DNA of 59,900 nt, the filler included, from Sphacelaria rigidula (lineage: Eukaryota): the NCBI GenBank assembly GCA_964200075.2. It is 7 parts of 7 records of this genome, joined end to end, with 100 filler letters (N's around TTAATTAATTAA, not from the genome) between each part and the next. Parts side by side here need not be neighbours in the genome. Positions count along the whole stretch, not along the records: positions 8,573 to 17,044 come from CAXNAA020011030.1; positions 17,145 to 25,616 come from CAXNAA020011031.1; positions 25,717 to 34,187 come from CAXNAA020011032.1; 4 more parts are not named here. One strand, written 5' to 3'. The position numbers and the translations under genes were made by a program. The notes beneath the pieces are model-generated. The model searched no databases. It saw only the letters and a list, made by a program, of their open reading frames with translations, and was not told the origin of the DNA. Below, piece after piece: positions 13,262-26,054 of the stretch (its first letter is position 1; the number at the start of each line of letters is the position of its first letter).

Positions 13262-16200
13262 TTTTTCATGTTCCCGGTTGTCCTCCCGAAATACCCGAAC
13301 GCTCTCTCAGGATGACTGGGGGCGGTCACGTACGGCGCTGAAGCTGGACGATCGCATGGGCGTGATTCAAGCGCGTGATTTGTCGAAGCACACCATATGT
13401 TCTGCCGCCGATGGTTTGGATCTTGTCAAGCGTGCCACGGCCAGCCGCAGGGTAAGTATAAAAAAATCACTTTCGAATACCCGTCACTACACCGTGGATT
13501 TTTGTCGTCGAAATCCTGAACCACACTCACCCACGCCCCGGTCGTGTATCATGTGTAAGGTGGAGAGTTGAGAGTTCCGGCTGATGCGGATATTAGGAAC
13601 TAGGCTATCACTTATTATGCGAGCACGGGTTCTGGGTTCATGTGACCCATCATATTTTTCAAGATGAACGATTTTTTTTTAAAACGTGCTATTATAGCAT
13701 AATGAGTAAAAAAAAGCCTGTGAGGAACCTGTTCATTTCGACTGTTGAAAACGTTAGGGCGCTTGTGAGGAGTAACAGAAGTTTCGGCGCACGTTTCCTC
13801 GCAAGATTTTATGGACGTGTCTGGTGACGAGAGATGTCTTGTGTTCGCTTGACATTCTAGTGTTCTTCGTTGACTGTTGCTTCGAAAATACTTGTTGCGT
13901 GGATTTTCCACCTGGACAATGGAATACACTGTCAGACGGTGGTGTAACGCGTGTTGTATGGGATCTGTCGTCGTTTGTAATAGATGCAACAGTCGGTACT
14001 GTCCGCAGTACATTTTTTTTTTTTTTCATTTGTCGTGACCCCGAAGGCAGTGGTGATGTTGACCTTTTCTTGTTCTAATATCGATTACACACGGTTATTC
14101 TCTCCATTCCACGCTGTTACATTATTCGAACCGTAGTTGCTTTTTGCATTATGGCATACGCCGATGTAACATAATATATTTACGTATCAGCCGTTCTCCA
14201 TACCGTTACTAGTCGTCTCTTTTATACCAAGGTATCATGCTGTAATGAAGGGGGGGGGGATGTTCTCAACTTTTTCTCTCTCCTCTCCTCTCCTCTCCTC
14301 TCCCCTATTTATTTTTTCCTGGATTGCCACTCATACTGTTTTTTCTACTACACTCAGGTCGGCTCCACGAAGTTGAACGAAGACTCGTCGCGGTCACACA
14401 GCGTTTGCATGGTGAGTGATTCGGTCGGGTCGCTACGATGATGCACAACATTTTCGGTATGAGGGTCGACAAAAGATATGGATCTTCGTGGAAGAGGCGT
14501 GGAATGAAGCGGGTTCTCAGATCGCAGTCCCGTACTGTTGGAGGAGCATTTTTCCATTTATTTTTCTTGTTTTACGCAGAAGTGGTGAGCCCGATTCATC
14601 GCATGTTCGTGCTCAAGAGCAGATCTGCTAATGCAGAAACGGCGTGACGGCGGGGATACCGTGACGAGTGAGTTGTTGTAATATACTGCGAATAGTATCG
14701 ACTATAATGTCCATTGCAACAGATAATGGGTGCGTCACTGGACGCACCACGTCTTTTTTACAACGTAGTCTACTGTCATTATCCACGGTGTGCAGTGGAT
14801 AATGACAACAGACTACGTTATGAACAAGAACCAAAACAAAAGGCGTCACACTCGTATATGATGACGAGTGACGGTACCTCGATATGTTGTTTTCGGCAGC
14901 AATGGTCATGTCCGGCCCAAAAATCATTTCTCCCGCCATTGCCACCGCTCCTGCCACCTATTGGTCGTGTTCCACAACTCACGTAGATCAAGCTCGTACG
15001 AGACCGTGGTGTAGGCTCCAACTTGTGGGTTGTGGATTTGGCGGGTAGTGAGCGCAGCGTTCGGACGGGAGCGGGTGCGTCCAGCACCCGGCAAAAGGAG
15101 GCTAACAACATCAACCGGGGGTTGAGCACGCTGTGGCACTGCCTCGCCATTATGCGGTATGTGTGTGAAACGTGACTTCACTACTGACAATGTGGCTTCA
15201 TCTCCATCAGGGTGTGTTCACACCTTTTTGTTCGGTCGAAAAAGTACGGCGGAAAAAGAAATGCGATCTGATACACTGTTGGTCCGTCTTTTATTTCACG
15301 TCCGCATCATTTATGTGGTGAAATGACGACCTCTATCAGATTGTTTTCTCCTTTTTTTTGTCCCATCGTACTCTGTTTCGACCGTGTGATGATTCCGGAA
15401 TACATGGAATTCATGTTTGAAAAATCCTGCACTTTTAGTACTTGCAATCACGCTTGGATGGATATCTTTGGCGGTTGATCGCCCCTCTCGCCCGCGCAGC
15501 GTGAGCCGGAGGAGAATGGCTCACATCTCGATAGGCATCGTCGATGTGAGCTGTGCCAACGCACACGTTTCCCTCTGTTCATCTAAAGCAATGTGTTAAC
15601 CCCTTTCCCCCCACCCCCCACCCCCCAATACTAGGAGAAAGATGGTGGGTGGCCACAGGCCGCGAAATACGACGGGAAGGAGATTTGTAACTTTTTCTTA
15701 GTTTTGTATGGAAGAAACGTGTGAGGCCGCTCGTTGTGACAAAAGTAAAAATCTGGAAAAGTGCCTTTTTGGAGCTTTCACGTGGTTTTACGCCCAAGAG
15801 AGGACTAGGCGGAGGTTGACACCTCGGAAGGACTTGCTCTACTGGTTGAGGCGGTTCCAGAACATTTTGCGCTGAACTTTTGAAACGACCTTTTTATCAT
15901 CAAAAACGCACCGAAAAAAATAAACATGTAAAAAGTTATAGTGATGTGAAGTTTCTTTAGAAAAAAACAGAAAATCGCTTGAACTCCGCGAAAATAAATA
16001 AATATGTCGGCATCCCTAGATTTGTTGTGCTTACTTGTGTGTAGGAGATCCTGGTGCATGCAGTGGGGCACTTTTTGTGTAACCCTGCCGCGCTCCTTTA
16101 GTCCAAATGATACAGGAGACTCCAGTTATGGCCGTCACGAGTTCGAATCCCGACGAGTTCCTTTTGTTTTTGTTGCGTCCGTGAAGTCATACACTATGCA

Positions 16201-16859
16201 GTACCATTTTTTCGATTTTTTCTTCATTCAGCGCGCTCTCCTATACTACGAAATGGTGATGATTGCGTTCTCTCATATGATTCATGAATCATTTTTTTTG
16301 GATGAGATGAAGGGCTGCTAACAATTCAAACCTCGGATAATATTCGTGAACCCCTATCATCGCACCACACTGCAGAGATTTTTTGGTTCAATATCGCATT
16401 TGTTTATATACGATGCCACACACTTTTCTGATGGTGTTTCACACCCCGACCTCTCGTACGGAGCTCTTCGCCTTGGCTTGGTGTCGTGTATATTGAGTTA
16501 ATTATTAGCACACCTATTTCGTCCACCAATCGACCCGATAGAACGAATCCCAGCTTATTTGCAATTGGCATGATCATCGGTCATTATCCAACGGATTATG
16601 TTCTGGATACCATCGGGTTTGCTTGCACGTTTTTTTGGCGCCCTGAAAGCACGACCATGGATATATGTCCTCGCCAACATCTAGGTAGTCCGGATGAGTT
16701 AATGAGCATTCTTGCCCGAATGTGTTTTATTTTCTCTTGTGCTATCCGGTTGCTTTTTATTTTTTTCATCATAGTTCCAACCTGCGCAAGGACGAACCGG
16801 AGACGAGGGTGCCGTTCCGGGAATCGAAGCTGACCCATCTTTTCAAGAATCACCTCCAG
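10105..16859 (+). CDS. Kinesin-6-like (KIF20/MKLP-type) motor protein; exons 10105-10323, 11127-11329, 12558-12669, 13311-13451, 14358-14411, 14987-15156, 16775-16859; 3' end beyond the segment
   Basis: All introns are GT-AG and in phase. Motifs: VFLRVRP, LLFAYGMTNAGKTYT (P-loop with the kinesin-6-like TN), SFLEIYNENVYDLL, NEDSSRSH (switch I), DLAGSER (switch II), VPFRESKLTHLF. Confidence 0.92.
10654..10963 (+). mobile_element. Longest copy (~310 bp) of the poly(C)-ended retroposon, in kinesin intron 1
   Basis: Colinear over its full length with the reverse complement of 41220-41488. Confidence 0.8.
11640..11801 (+). repeat. Two tandem 3' ends of a diverged subfamily of the poly(C)-ended element
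   Basis: AAAGGGATGCGTGGT(C/A)AAT(T/G)GTC...AAGCAACAAAG...TAC(A)CCCCC occurs twice and shares AGGGATGCG.GGTCAA with 8700-8720. Confidence 0.6.
16090..16160 (+). repeat. Degenerate tRNA-derived head (SINE or tRNA pseudogene) in a kinesin intron
   Basis: A-box-like TAGTCCAAATGA and B box GAGTTCGAATCCC at tRNA-like spacing; no intact cloverleaf. Confidence 0.35.
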
Positions 16860-17044
16860 GTATGTACCATGTTGTAGGTGAAAATACGATTCATGTCCTT
16901 TTTCGTTCTTTTTTTCTTGTCGGAATGGAGGTACCGAAACACGGAGGGGGGGGGGGGGGGGGGGGTGAGAAGTTTTTTTCTCTTGGCTGGCCGCGTTCTT
17001 TTTTTTTTTTTTTGGAGTTGGTCTTTGTTTGGTTTTGTTTTTTT

Positions 17045-17144
17045 NNNNNNNNNNNNNNNNNNNNNNNNNNNNNNNNNNNNNNNNNNNNTTAATTAATTAA
17101 NNNNNNNNNNNNNNNNNNNNNNNNNNNNNNNNNNNNNNNNNNNN
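17045..17144. other. Artificial linker
   Basis: N44-TTAATTAATTAA-N44. Confidence 0.98.
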
Positions 17145-17159
17145 AGTGGACCAGATTTT

Positions 17160-17790
17160 CTTTCATTCATTTTTTTCACTGGTTGAGGGCGTGTTAGTAT
17201 GGTGAAGACCATTTCTTCACAAGAACGCTCTAACCTCTATGAAAAGAAAAAAAACGAAAGCCCATTTTTAATATTTTTCAGCACTCTTCTGCGGTTCTCC
17301 ACACCAATTTTCATCGCCATCGGCTAAATGCATAAATCGATAGTTTCACAGATATTTTAGTATTGGCACTATCTCCCTTAGGTAAAGGATTTACTAGAGG
17401 TTACCGACTGAGCCACCGGGGCGACTATACTTTTTTATCATGCCCTACGATTCATTGTTCCTACCAAATTCTAGGGTCCAACTCCAAATATCGACCGGCG
17501 AATGGGCCGTTCGAAAACCTGGCCGGTAGAAATTCGGAATAATGTTTTGCAGGCCACTTACCAGGTTGCGTTTGGTGTTTGTGTATCGAGTTCTTGTGTG
17601 AGACCTCGCTAGGGCATAATAAACAGAAAATGGGTCAGGTTGGAATTTATTCATTTTTCCATTGGTCTGGGGCGGTTAGTATGGTAACCACCTTTTTTTT
17701 ACGAGAACGCCCGAATCTCCCCCAAACGAAAAAAAAACCGAAGGCCCATTTTTTCAATTCCAAGATACCTTTGTGGGTCTCCATGCTAAG
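17160..17790. repeat. Two diverged direct copies of a ~130-bp repeat (about 17160-17290 and 17645-17790)
   Basis: Both share ATTCATTTTT..CA.TGGT..G.GGCG.TTAGTATGGT.A..ACC...AGAACGC...GAA.GCCCATTTTT. Confidence 0.6.
17397..17426 (-). repeat. Head fragment of the tRNA-derived SINE
   Basis: The reverse complement reads AGTCGCCCCGGTGGCTCAGTCGGTAACCTC, matching the heads at 799 and 2257. Confidence 0.65.
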
Positions 17791-19142
17791 TTTCAAATCA
17801 CAATTCTAAAAGTTGAGCTTAAAAATTGAGATGAGGCCCAAAGCAATGTTCATTTCTCCTCGAAACTGCCCTAAAAATGACAGAAACCGAATTTTATTTT
17901 ATTTTATTTTATTTTGCACTAGCGGTTTCTCATACATAATTTCATAGCATAACTTCAAAAAACTGAGACGCGATATCTAGACTTCGTGCAACTAGTGCCC
18001 CTGCTCGCAATATATTGATTTTTCAGTATAGGACCTCATGTGCGCCATTTCTCGAGACAGATTATCAATCAGGTGAAGGTGAGGGTATTTATCGCCCCCC
18101 CGTGCTCCACGGAAAGCCCATACCAGAAATCGTCGTCATCCGCTGAATGTATCGTTCGGACCTTCACATCGATTTTAGTATGCACGCCATCTCCCTACAG
18201 TAAAGGAAATACGAAGTACTATACGTGAGATTGTCACAAAATGTTCCGCAGCGACGCTCGCTCCCTTAGTCTGGATCATGCATACTTTTTCAAGTAAAAT
18301 TGATGGGTCGGCTCATTATATAAACTGCATTCGCCGTCTAAGGGTCAAACCCCCAAAGTTCGTGAGATTGTCATCAGATAAAAGATCTCAACAAGCACTG
18401 ATCTTCAAAAAGATCGTCTTTCGACCGCTCAAACCCACGCTCTTCATTTTCAACGCGAGCTTTGAAACGACCCATCTTTGCGCCGGGCCTACCCACCTTC
18501 GTGCCGGGCAGCGAAAGTGGAAAATACAACAGAGGGAAAGATGAAGAGAGAACAGAGAAGAGGAAAAGAGCAGAAAAATAATCATGATGAGGAAGATATA
18601 GAACCCAAGGAAGAGCTAGAACATGTACACAGCCAAGAACAGGTCCATCTGGATCATGAATTTTTTTTTCAAGTATGACTGAAGGCTACTCATCAGATGA
18701 CTATTAATAATGTTCTCGTGAAATCGAGAGTCTTGCGTTGATTGAGAGTGAGTTTTATTATCCGCTCTAACTTGACTATTTTTTTATTTCGCGTGCTTTT
18801 TCTTAACCTGTAGCACTGGTCACATGCTTACAGCTACTTTTCGATATCCTTCTCAGGGATATCAAGGGCTTCAGTGGGAAGCCACTACAGAAAATATTTA
18901 TAACCCTCGGAGGGTCTTTAATCGGAACTGACGCTATTTCATTAATTGATTGACGCCCCTCATTCTCAATCGTATCCTAGACTCAATCTCACGGTACCAT
19001 TGTTTTATGCTCGCCGCCAAAGGAGTCAACAACCGAGGGGAAAAAATGGGTGAATCAGTTTCTTGAGCTATACATTTACATCATACTAAACCTCGCCCTG
19101 TCTCCCCGCTTGTCTGATGTTTTCGGATTGCTTCCAAAACAG

Positions 19143-22100
19143 GGTGGAAAGGCGAAGTTCTGCTCTGTGCACAAGCAGCCGTCGATGATAGATGTTCGCA
19201 GTCGACGCTGCGCGGCGGCGGGTTGCAAGCGGCAGCCTAGCTACGGGTTCGAGGGCAGCAGGAGAGCATGCTTTTGCGCGGCTCACAAGACCGAGGGGAT
19301 GGTAGATGTGGTATCTCGCCGGTGCGAGCAACCGAATTGTCTCCGCCGACCCCTGTATGGCTACGAGGTGATCGCAAACAGAGTTCACTACAGCAAATTG
19401 TGCGTTCGTGTCTACGTTCGTTCTCGTTATTTCTTTCGCTCGCTTTCGTGTCTCAAAATAAGCTCTCGAAGGATGTGTCCTGTCGGCAATGTATGATGAG
19501 CGTTGGAGATGAATCCCAGGAAATCCAGATTTTAGTCTCCCCTGTGATGATATGTTGATGTCAATCCTGCACTCGACCGGTGACGATGGACACAGTTGCG
19601 TCCATGTTGATGTTGGGAACGACTGATCGCTCGTTGTTCCCTCGCCCCTTTACTCTTCCCCTCTTCACAGGGGCAAAAATCGCAGTACTGCAGCTCGCAC
19701 AAGAAGCCAGGACAGGTGGATGTGTGCAACAGGAGATGCCAGGAGACGGGATGCTCGAAGCGTCCGTGCTTCGGCTTGCCCGGGGAACGGCCGTCCTTCT
19801 GTGGATCTCACCGCACATCGGCCATGGTTGACGTGATCAGTCACAAGTGCAGCTACCCGGGTTGCAGTCACCCTACAGGGTATGAGGCGAAGCGCGTACG
19901 ATCCAGCTTTTGCGGTGAGGAATGTGTCGTAAAGAAGAAGTAGTGAGACTGTTGATACCGCATGGTTGTGCCTTTGTGTCGGCGGCGAAGGACCTGAGGA
20001 ATGCAGGTGCCTGATTGACCCTACCTGAGCCGACAGACGAGTGCCGGAGGTATTGTTCGAGTCGAACACTTTCTCTGCGACCTCTTCTCGATTTTTGCCC
20101 ACCCTATGGTTCTACTGATTTCGCGCAACTTCTTGCGGTGTGTACACAGACAAGCATAAATCGGTGGGTCAGGCCGGCGCATCGCTCCTACAGCTTGCTG
20201 GTGGTTGTGATGCCTCGGGTTCGACCACGCTGGGTGGTGAGGATATTAAGTCGCCCCCGAGGGCTACCGCCAAAGCGTCGTCTTCGTCTACTGACGACAA
20301 GGCGAGCTGGCGAAAGCCTGCATTATCGAAGGAAGGCGAGGGGTCTGAGGTTGAACGCTCCGGGGTATTTCTTGTCGGCAACGCCGAGGAAGAGGGCCAC
20401 AGACGACAAGGGTTCGCCGCCGATGCGCCCATTCAGCGGCGCGCGAGCTATGCGGGTTCGTCGACTTTGCCGCAGAAGTTGGCATCCCCCGCTAGGGAGA
20501 AGCTGGAACCCTCCCCGAAGCGCAGGTGCAGCGTGCCTACAGTGCTTCCTTCAGTGGGGTCTCTGCTGGAAAGGGTGCCGCGAACGCACCTCAAGCGACC
20601 GCGCGAAGAGACCACGCCAGCGTCGTACGATGCTGCGATACCGTCGGGTCCGTTGTCGGTGTCGGCGCCGGATGCCCCGGGATCCGCTGCAGAGACAGCA
20701 ACCGACAAGGGCATCGAAGATGCTATTGGTGAGGCGAAGGAGGTCGTTGATGAGGCCGGCGTGCAGCAACCACAAGCACGGGCAAAAGGCGGGTCGCTCC
20801 CACCGAAGTGCAGCTCTCCAACAGTTCCGTCGTCCGCTGGCGCGAAGAGGCTCTTCCCTGGGCGACAACCACAGAAAGACCGTGTGGTGTGGGACTCGGG
20901 GTGGCAGGGCAAGGCCGGCACAGGTGTGGGAGTTATTACGTCGCGGATTATGCCGGACTGGAGGAAAGTTGGTCTTGGTGCGGTGGGACGGGCTGCGTCG
21001 TTCGACGAGACCCGTATGGCCACAGATAGGCAGAACATGCGTGTGGAGAACGCCGGGCAGCCTCGCCGAGCGTCTGCATTCGTGAACGAGGTCAGTACGC
21101 TGACCCCAATACGAACGGAGATGGGGCGTCGGGTGTCTGCATACGAGCCACGACATATGAGCCAGCCGCAGCCAGGTGGGCACTACAGCGATCTTCTTTC
21201 CGCGAAGAAGGGGTTCAGCGGTGTGTCGGGAAATGCACCCCCTAGGCACCCATCCGCCTGTTGGCTAAGGAACCCGGACGCTGCGATCGCCGAGGTAGGC
21301 GGGAACGGTGGCTCTGAGATCTCGACAGCAAATTCCTTGTTCAGCGGGTGTTCAACGCCCACCCGTTGGCCGTCTCCCAGGGGACCGAGGCCTAAGCTGG
21401 TACGGCGTGGTTCGGGGCTGACCGCCGGTCTGAATTCCACAACGTCGCTGTTTCATGTTATGCCGGCGCATGCGGCCTTCAGTGCCTCGTTACAGCATGA
21501 AAGGTGCGACGAGACTGCGTCCTTATCTTCCACAACCTCCACGCGCGCAGGAGACTATGCAGGGTCGGGGGAAGGGGAAGCGTTAGAATCGCGCCGTTGG
21601 CCTGTGTCAGAGTCGGCATATGCCCCAGCCGCCAGCGAGCCTACCGAACTCGTTCCGGCGTGGGGCGCACCGATGGACGAGGAAACAAACTCGGAACTAC
21701 CCATTTGCGAACAGACAGCCATGGAGGTTACGTCCGGCGACGGTGGTCCTGGACGCAGATCGTCGCTCGTCACCGGGGCAGGGGCAGAGAGGCCTTTGCG
21801 TCCAGCTATGCGCCGCGGGGCAACCATGATCGTTCCCCCGGTGGAAGGATCGGGAACGGAGGACAGGGCCGGGAGCGACGTGTCGCAAGGGCAAGGGCGA
21901 CGGTGGTCCTTTCCGGAACAGTCATTAACTCCACCGGATCAAGTGGCAACAGGGAGTGCAGGGTTGGCTCCTGCATGGGGCGCAACGGCCGGGGAGATCG
22001 CAGATGTGCAATCCACGTCTGTGGCCAAGCCCGGTTCAGACGTCACAATTGGCGGTCGTGAGTCACGGAGAAAGGGATTGTTCATGGGCGGCGCCAGCGC

Positions 22101-23019
22101 CGATGTGCCCGGTGACGGGATAGACACTCCAGTATCATCCACATCTGGGGCAAAGCCCGGCCAAGACGTGATAGCCGGCAGTCGTGGGTCACGAAGAAAA
22201 GGGTTGTTTATGAGCAGCGCCGTTACCGATGTGCTCGGCGATGGGAGAAGCATCTCAGCGTCATCAGATACCGGTTTGAATACCCTTACCTATCAAGGAT
22301 CGACGTCAAACACATTCGTTCCGGCGTGGGGGGCAGCTGTCGAAGAGGCGACTCAACAAGGATGGGGATCTCAAGATGACAAGCCTATGATCACTCCGGT
22401 TTCAGGGATGGGTGGTCTCCGAAATAGCTCGGTTTTCGGGGGGGGTAGTGAAAAAACAGGGGACCAAGCGTCGCCAACCCGCCTGTCCCAACGCCGGGGT
22501 TCTTTGGTCGTCTCCTCGCCGGAGCAGAAGCCGCACGGACCTGGGATGCTCTCCCCCACACCCAAAATCACTTCGCGTCTGTTCGAGCGGCGCCTGATGC
22601 CCACAGCGCCGCCATCACCGCAAGAGACGGGAGTATCTGCACATTCTCCGCTACGCGCGATGGCACCCCCGCCATCACGCCGTACGAGTTGTCTCATGAG
22701 TCCGGAGGCACCGGCGGCTGAACCGGCGTCCGTTGAATCCATGCCGCCACTGCCAACAGAGCAACGGCGACGGAGATCAATAGTTGGCGCCGGCACTGGT
22801 GAATGCGTCACGCCCGGTGAATTGAGATCGGATCGTGGACGAATGCCTACACCTACGGAGTGTGCAGAAGAAACGCAACCACGGCAGCAGCAGCCTGCTG
22901 TGCACGCCGAGTACTCTGCCGCATGGGTGGGCTTGAAAGAAAATGTGGCTGATTGCAGGGATGAAGCGAGTGGAGAAATTCAAGGGGGTAAGGGGTGGGG
23001 GACGCGAGGCGAAGCATAG
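19143..23019 (+). CDS. EsV-1-7 repeat (Cys/His-rich) protein with a ~950-aa disordered C-terminal tail; exons 19143-19367, 19671-19914, 20150-23019; 5' exons not found
   Basis: About 4-5 repeats of FC..HK..GM.DV..RRC...GC.++P.(Y/F)G, typical of the EsV-1-7 domain. The GT-AG junctions are in phase and the last one rebuilds FC-D-KHK. Confidence 0.85.
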
Positions 23020-24379
23020 AAAGATCAGCCACCATTGAGCCGGTGGTGATAATCCCATCAAAGAAATGAGGTGGCATGTTAGATGCGGAAGGACTGGTAT
23101 GCGTGACTTTTCTTGTGACGACGTTGAAGGTTATATTTGCTGTGCGATATATTTTCTCTCTACTACTTGTTTCCATTCACCTGTGTACTGTATTTTAGGC
23201 GCAACTATTGTGCATGTGCTCGCTACTGTGAAACCCATTCGGTCACAGTGAGCCTTCTGTACGTGAAATCCCGTCCTGGCCTGCAGCTCCGTCAGCTCAC
23301 CACGATGTGGCTCAGGTGACAGCTCATAAGCACGCATAATATCGATTTGAATCTGACGACCTGAATTGGATGTTACCGCGAACTACCGAACGTAGACCCC
23401 CGAGAGAAAATATTTTGACGTTGTTCGGAACGTGCGAGGACGATTACTCAACGATCTCCAAGTCTTGCCGCGGTTATTGTGCGTTAGTTTTTGCAACACG
23501 AACTCTCATGCCCACACGGGCCCTTTTGACAAGATGTGTATGTCGTTTACCAGAGATTTTCGAGCGCATCCCAATATGATCCGTGACATGCGCTAAATAG
23601 AGAAGTAGAAGATGTATATACGAGGTGCGTTCTGCCTGTGATTGGGTTCCATCATATATGTAGTGTAGCGGCGCACGGGTGGGAAAAGCGCACGTGGCTA
23701 CCTGGTCGTTCCCCTAAGTACCTTAGTGTATGTCAGCTGTGTTGATAGTGACCCCTTCTTGGCGGTCTCGTAGGTACGGACAAGTTTAGGTGTAGCCTGA
23801 GAATGGCACAGAGCGTATTATTTTTGGAAAAACAGAGCTCTGTGCTCATCATCAGTTAGAGCGATATGCGTGACTTGTAGCCATCCTCTTCCTTTATCGC
23901 TGTTGTTCACGTGCCAGTCACCATCGGTGTGATTCCCGGAAGGTTCGGTTCGTTTGTAGAACAAGGGCACTGAACGTGGACGAAATAGCTTACTGGTAGG
24001 GACCGCGAGGATATAGTCTTTTCACCAAGGATTTGACGGGCTAGAATCCTGGCATGAGCGGGTAGGCCACCTCGACCAGGCTTTGGCGACGACTGAAACC
24101 ATGTTGTACAGAAGTTTTTTTTCGGTTGCACTTTCACGGCCGACACCTGGATTATTGCGCCGAAAACGGTGCTGCTCGCGGGATAATATTCGATTGTAGT
24201 GTAAGGGTCAATATATCACTTGTTATTAATATGGGGAAATATTTGGATTGTTGCCTCGGTACATATGATCAATATATCTTGGTTTCGTTGTTGAACACGT
24301 TTTGATTTAGTATGGGATTTTATACTAATCACCACACAGGGGGTGAAGTAGCACGCGTATACCCAATGGACCGAAAGAA

Positions 24380-24740
24380 AAGCATGGAATATGATTGGCC
24401 GGCATTCCTTTATTGACAGCCAACGTTATCATGGCTCTCTGGAGCGGGAGAGGTAACTTACCCCAGGGTTACCTCGGGTATCGACTTTCCGGGGTCATCA
24501 GGAGTAGCCGCCCCTATATGATCGACAAACTCCTCCCTTAAGTAGGTACACAAATTACCATACGCGTCGAGGTAGTGGACGTCAGCAGCTGCACACGTGG
24601 GCACATAGCATCCTGTATGTAGCACGTTGCAGAGGGTTCTTCGCACGTGGTCAATACTTCGGTGAGCTCTCTGTGAGAGTTTTAATTTTGGTACTTGTAT
24701 GATGTTTTTTGCACGCTGTGACCGGCCTTGTGGAGGCATA
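24380..24740 (-). pseudogene. Possible decayed retrotransposon gag fragment
   Basis: VRRTLCNVLH and, after a frameshift, PLQRAM resemble IRRTVCNILH and PLHKAM in ORF 56172-57368. Confidence 0.35.
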
Positions 24741-25616
24741 TCGGCAAGCCCTGCACGCAGTCATGCTGGTAATGTGTGCGGCACTTTTATCCCACCTTTT
24801 CAGGGAAAAAGAGTCAAGAAATTGAGTGCAGATTTCTCAACCAGACCATGCAATACAGGCCGGGCCAGCCTCAAAACTGGATTCAAGCTCTCAAAGCAAC
24901 ATCTCACATCGACACAGATGAGTTGGGCCGTGATCCGCATATCGTATTGATTTTTCAATCAGGGGGAAGAACAACGTTTTCGTGAGGTTGAGAGAGGAAA
25001 CGATCAAGATTGAAAAGCGGTCAATCGATGAATGAAGCGTTTCAGTTCCGAAATGCTCCTCCGCAAGGCCTGATATGCTTTCTGTAGTAGCTGGCCACTG
25101 AGGCCCTCGATATCCCTGGGTACGATATCGACGTGTAGCTGTAAGCACACCTCAATGAAGGCAGAGAAAAGCACACACGTGATGAAAAAATGGCGAAGTT
25201 GAAGCGAATGACCCAAGCCATTCTCAATCAATCCTCCACTCTCAATCTCATGAAAACGCCGTTGAAGGTGCCCATCTGCTCAAAAATCTGGGCCACTATT
25301 TTCTCGTTGATCAAGCCTCAGGTTTAGTAATTCCTATACCGTACGGAGGTAGCGTCCACATAACATCTATATGGAAACACGAACGATATATTCAGCGGAT
25401 GATGGCGATCTTTGGTGTGGACCTCCCCAGGAGCACGGGGGGACGAAAAGTACCCTCACCTTTACTTCATTCGTAATCTATCTCGAATTATGGTGCACAT
25501 AAGTTTTCATATTAAACTCGATATATCACGAACAAGGGCACTACGAGCTGGGCCGGGCAAGAAGCCTACTATCAGTCAGTCGAGTCTAGCTCTGCCGCAC
25601 TAGCGAGTTTGGACTT

Positions 25617-25716
25617 NNNNNNNNNNNNNNNNNNNNNNNNNNNNNNNNNNNNNNNNNNNNTTAATTAATTAANNNNNNNNNNNNNNNNNNNNNNNNNNNN
25701 NNNNNNNNNNNNNNNN
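25617..25716. other. Artificial linker
   Basis: N44-TTAATTAATTAA-N44. Confidence 0.98.
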
Positions 25717-26054
25717 GATGAAGAGTGAGACCATGTGGGACGGTCACAACAAAGATCGTGACGCTACTTTGCTACCTTCTCGAACAATCAATCGGTATTC
25801 CCGTATTAGGAACCTTTCTCGAGAACTCTCACTGTCGCATGCTTCGCCAAATTTAGAAAACGTATCCAACCGCCAAATCTATTCATCTGGCGAGTTTTTC
25901 ACTGACCTGGGACTAGTAGTCAAAGGTATCTTTGCAGAACAACCTTCACACCACAGGATTCTCTAAGGCTGCACAACAACTCCAGCCTCTGTATTTTAGC
26001 TTGGTGCTACTGAACATTGACTCACATATGTTATGCAACATGAAATTCTGAACA
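25717..26054 (-). repeat. Probable 3' LTR of the Copia element (far end not defined)
   Basis: Begins TGTTCAG immediately after the polypurine tract. No matching 5' LTR was found in the segment. Confidence 0.55.
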
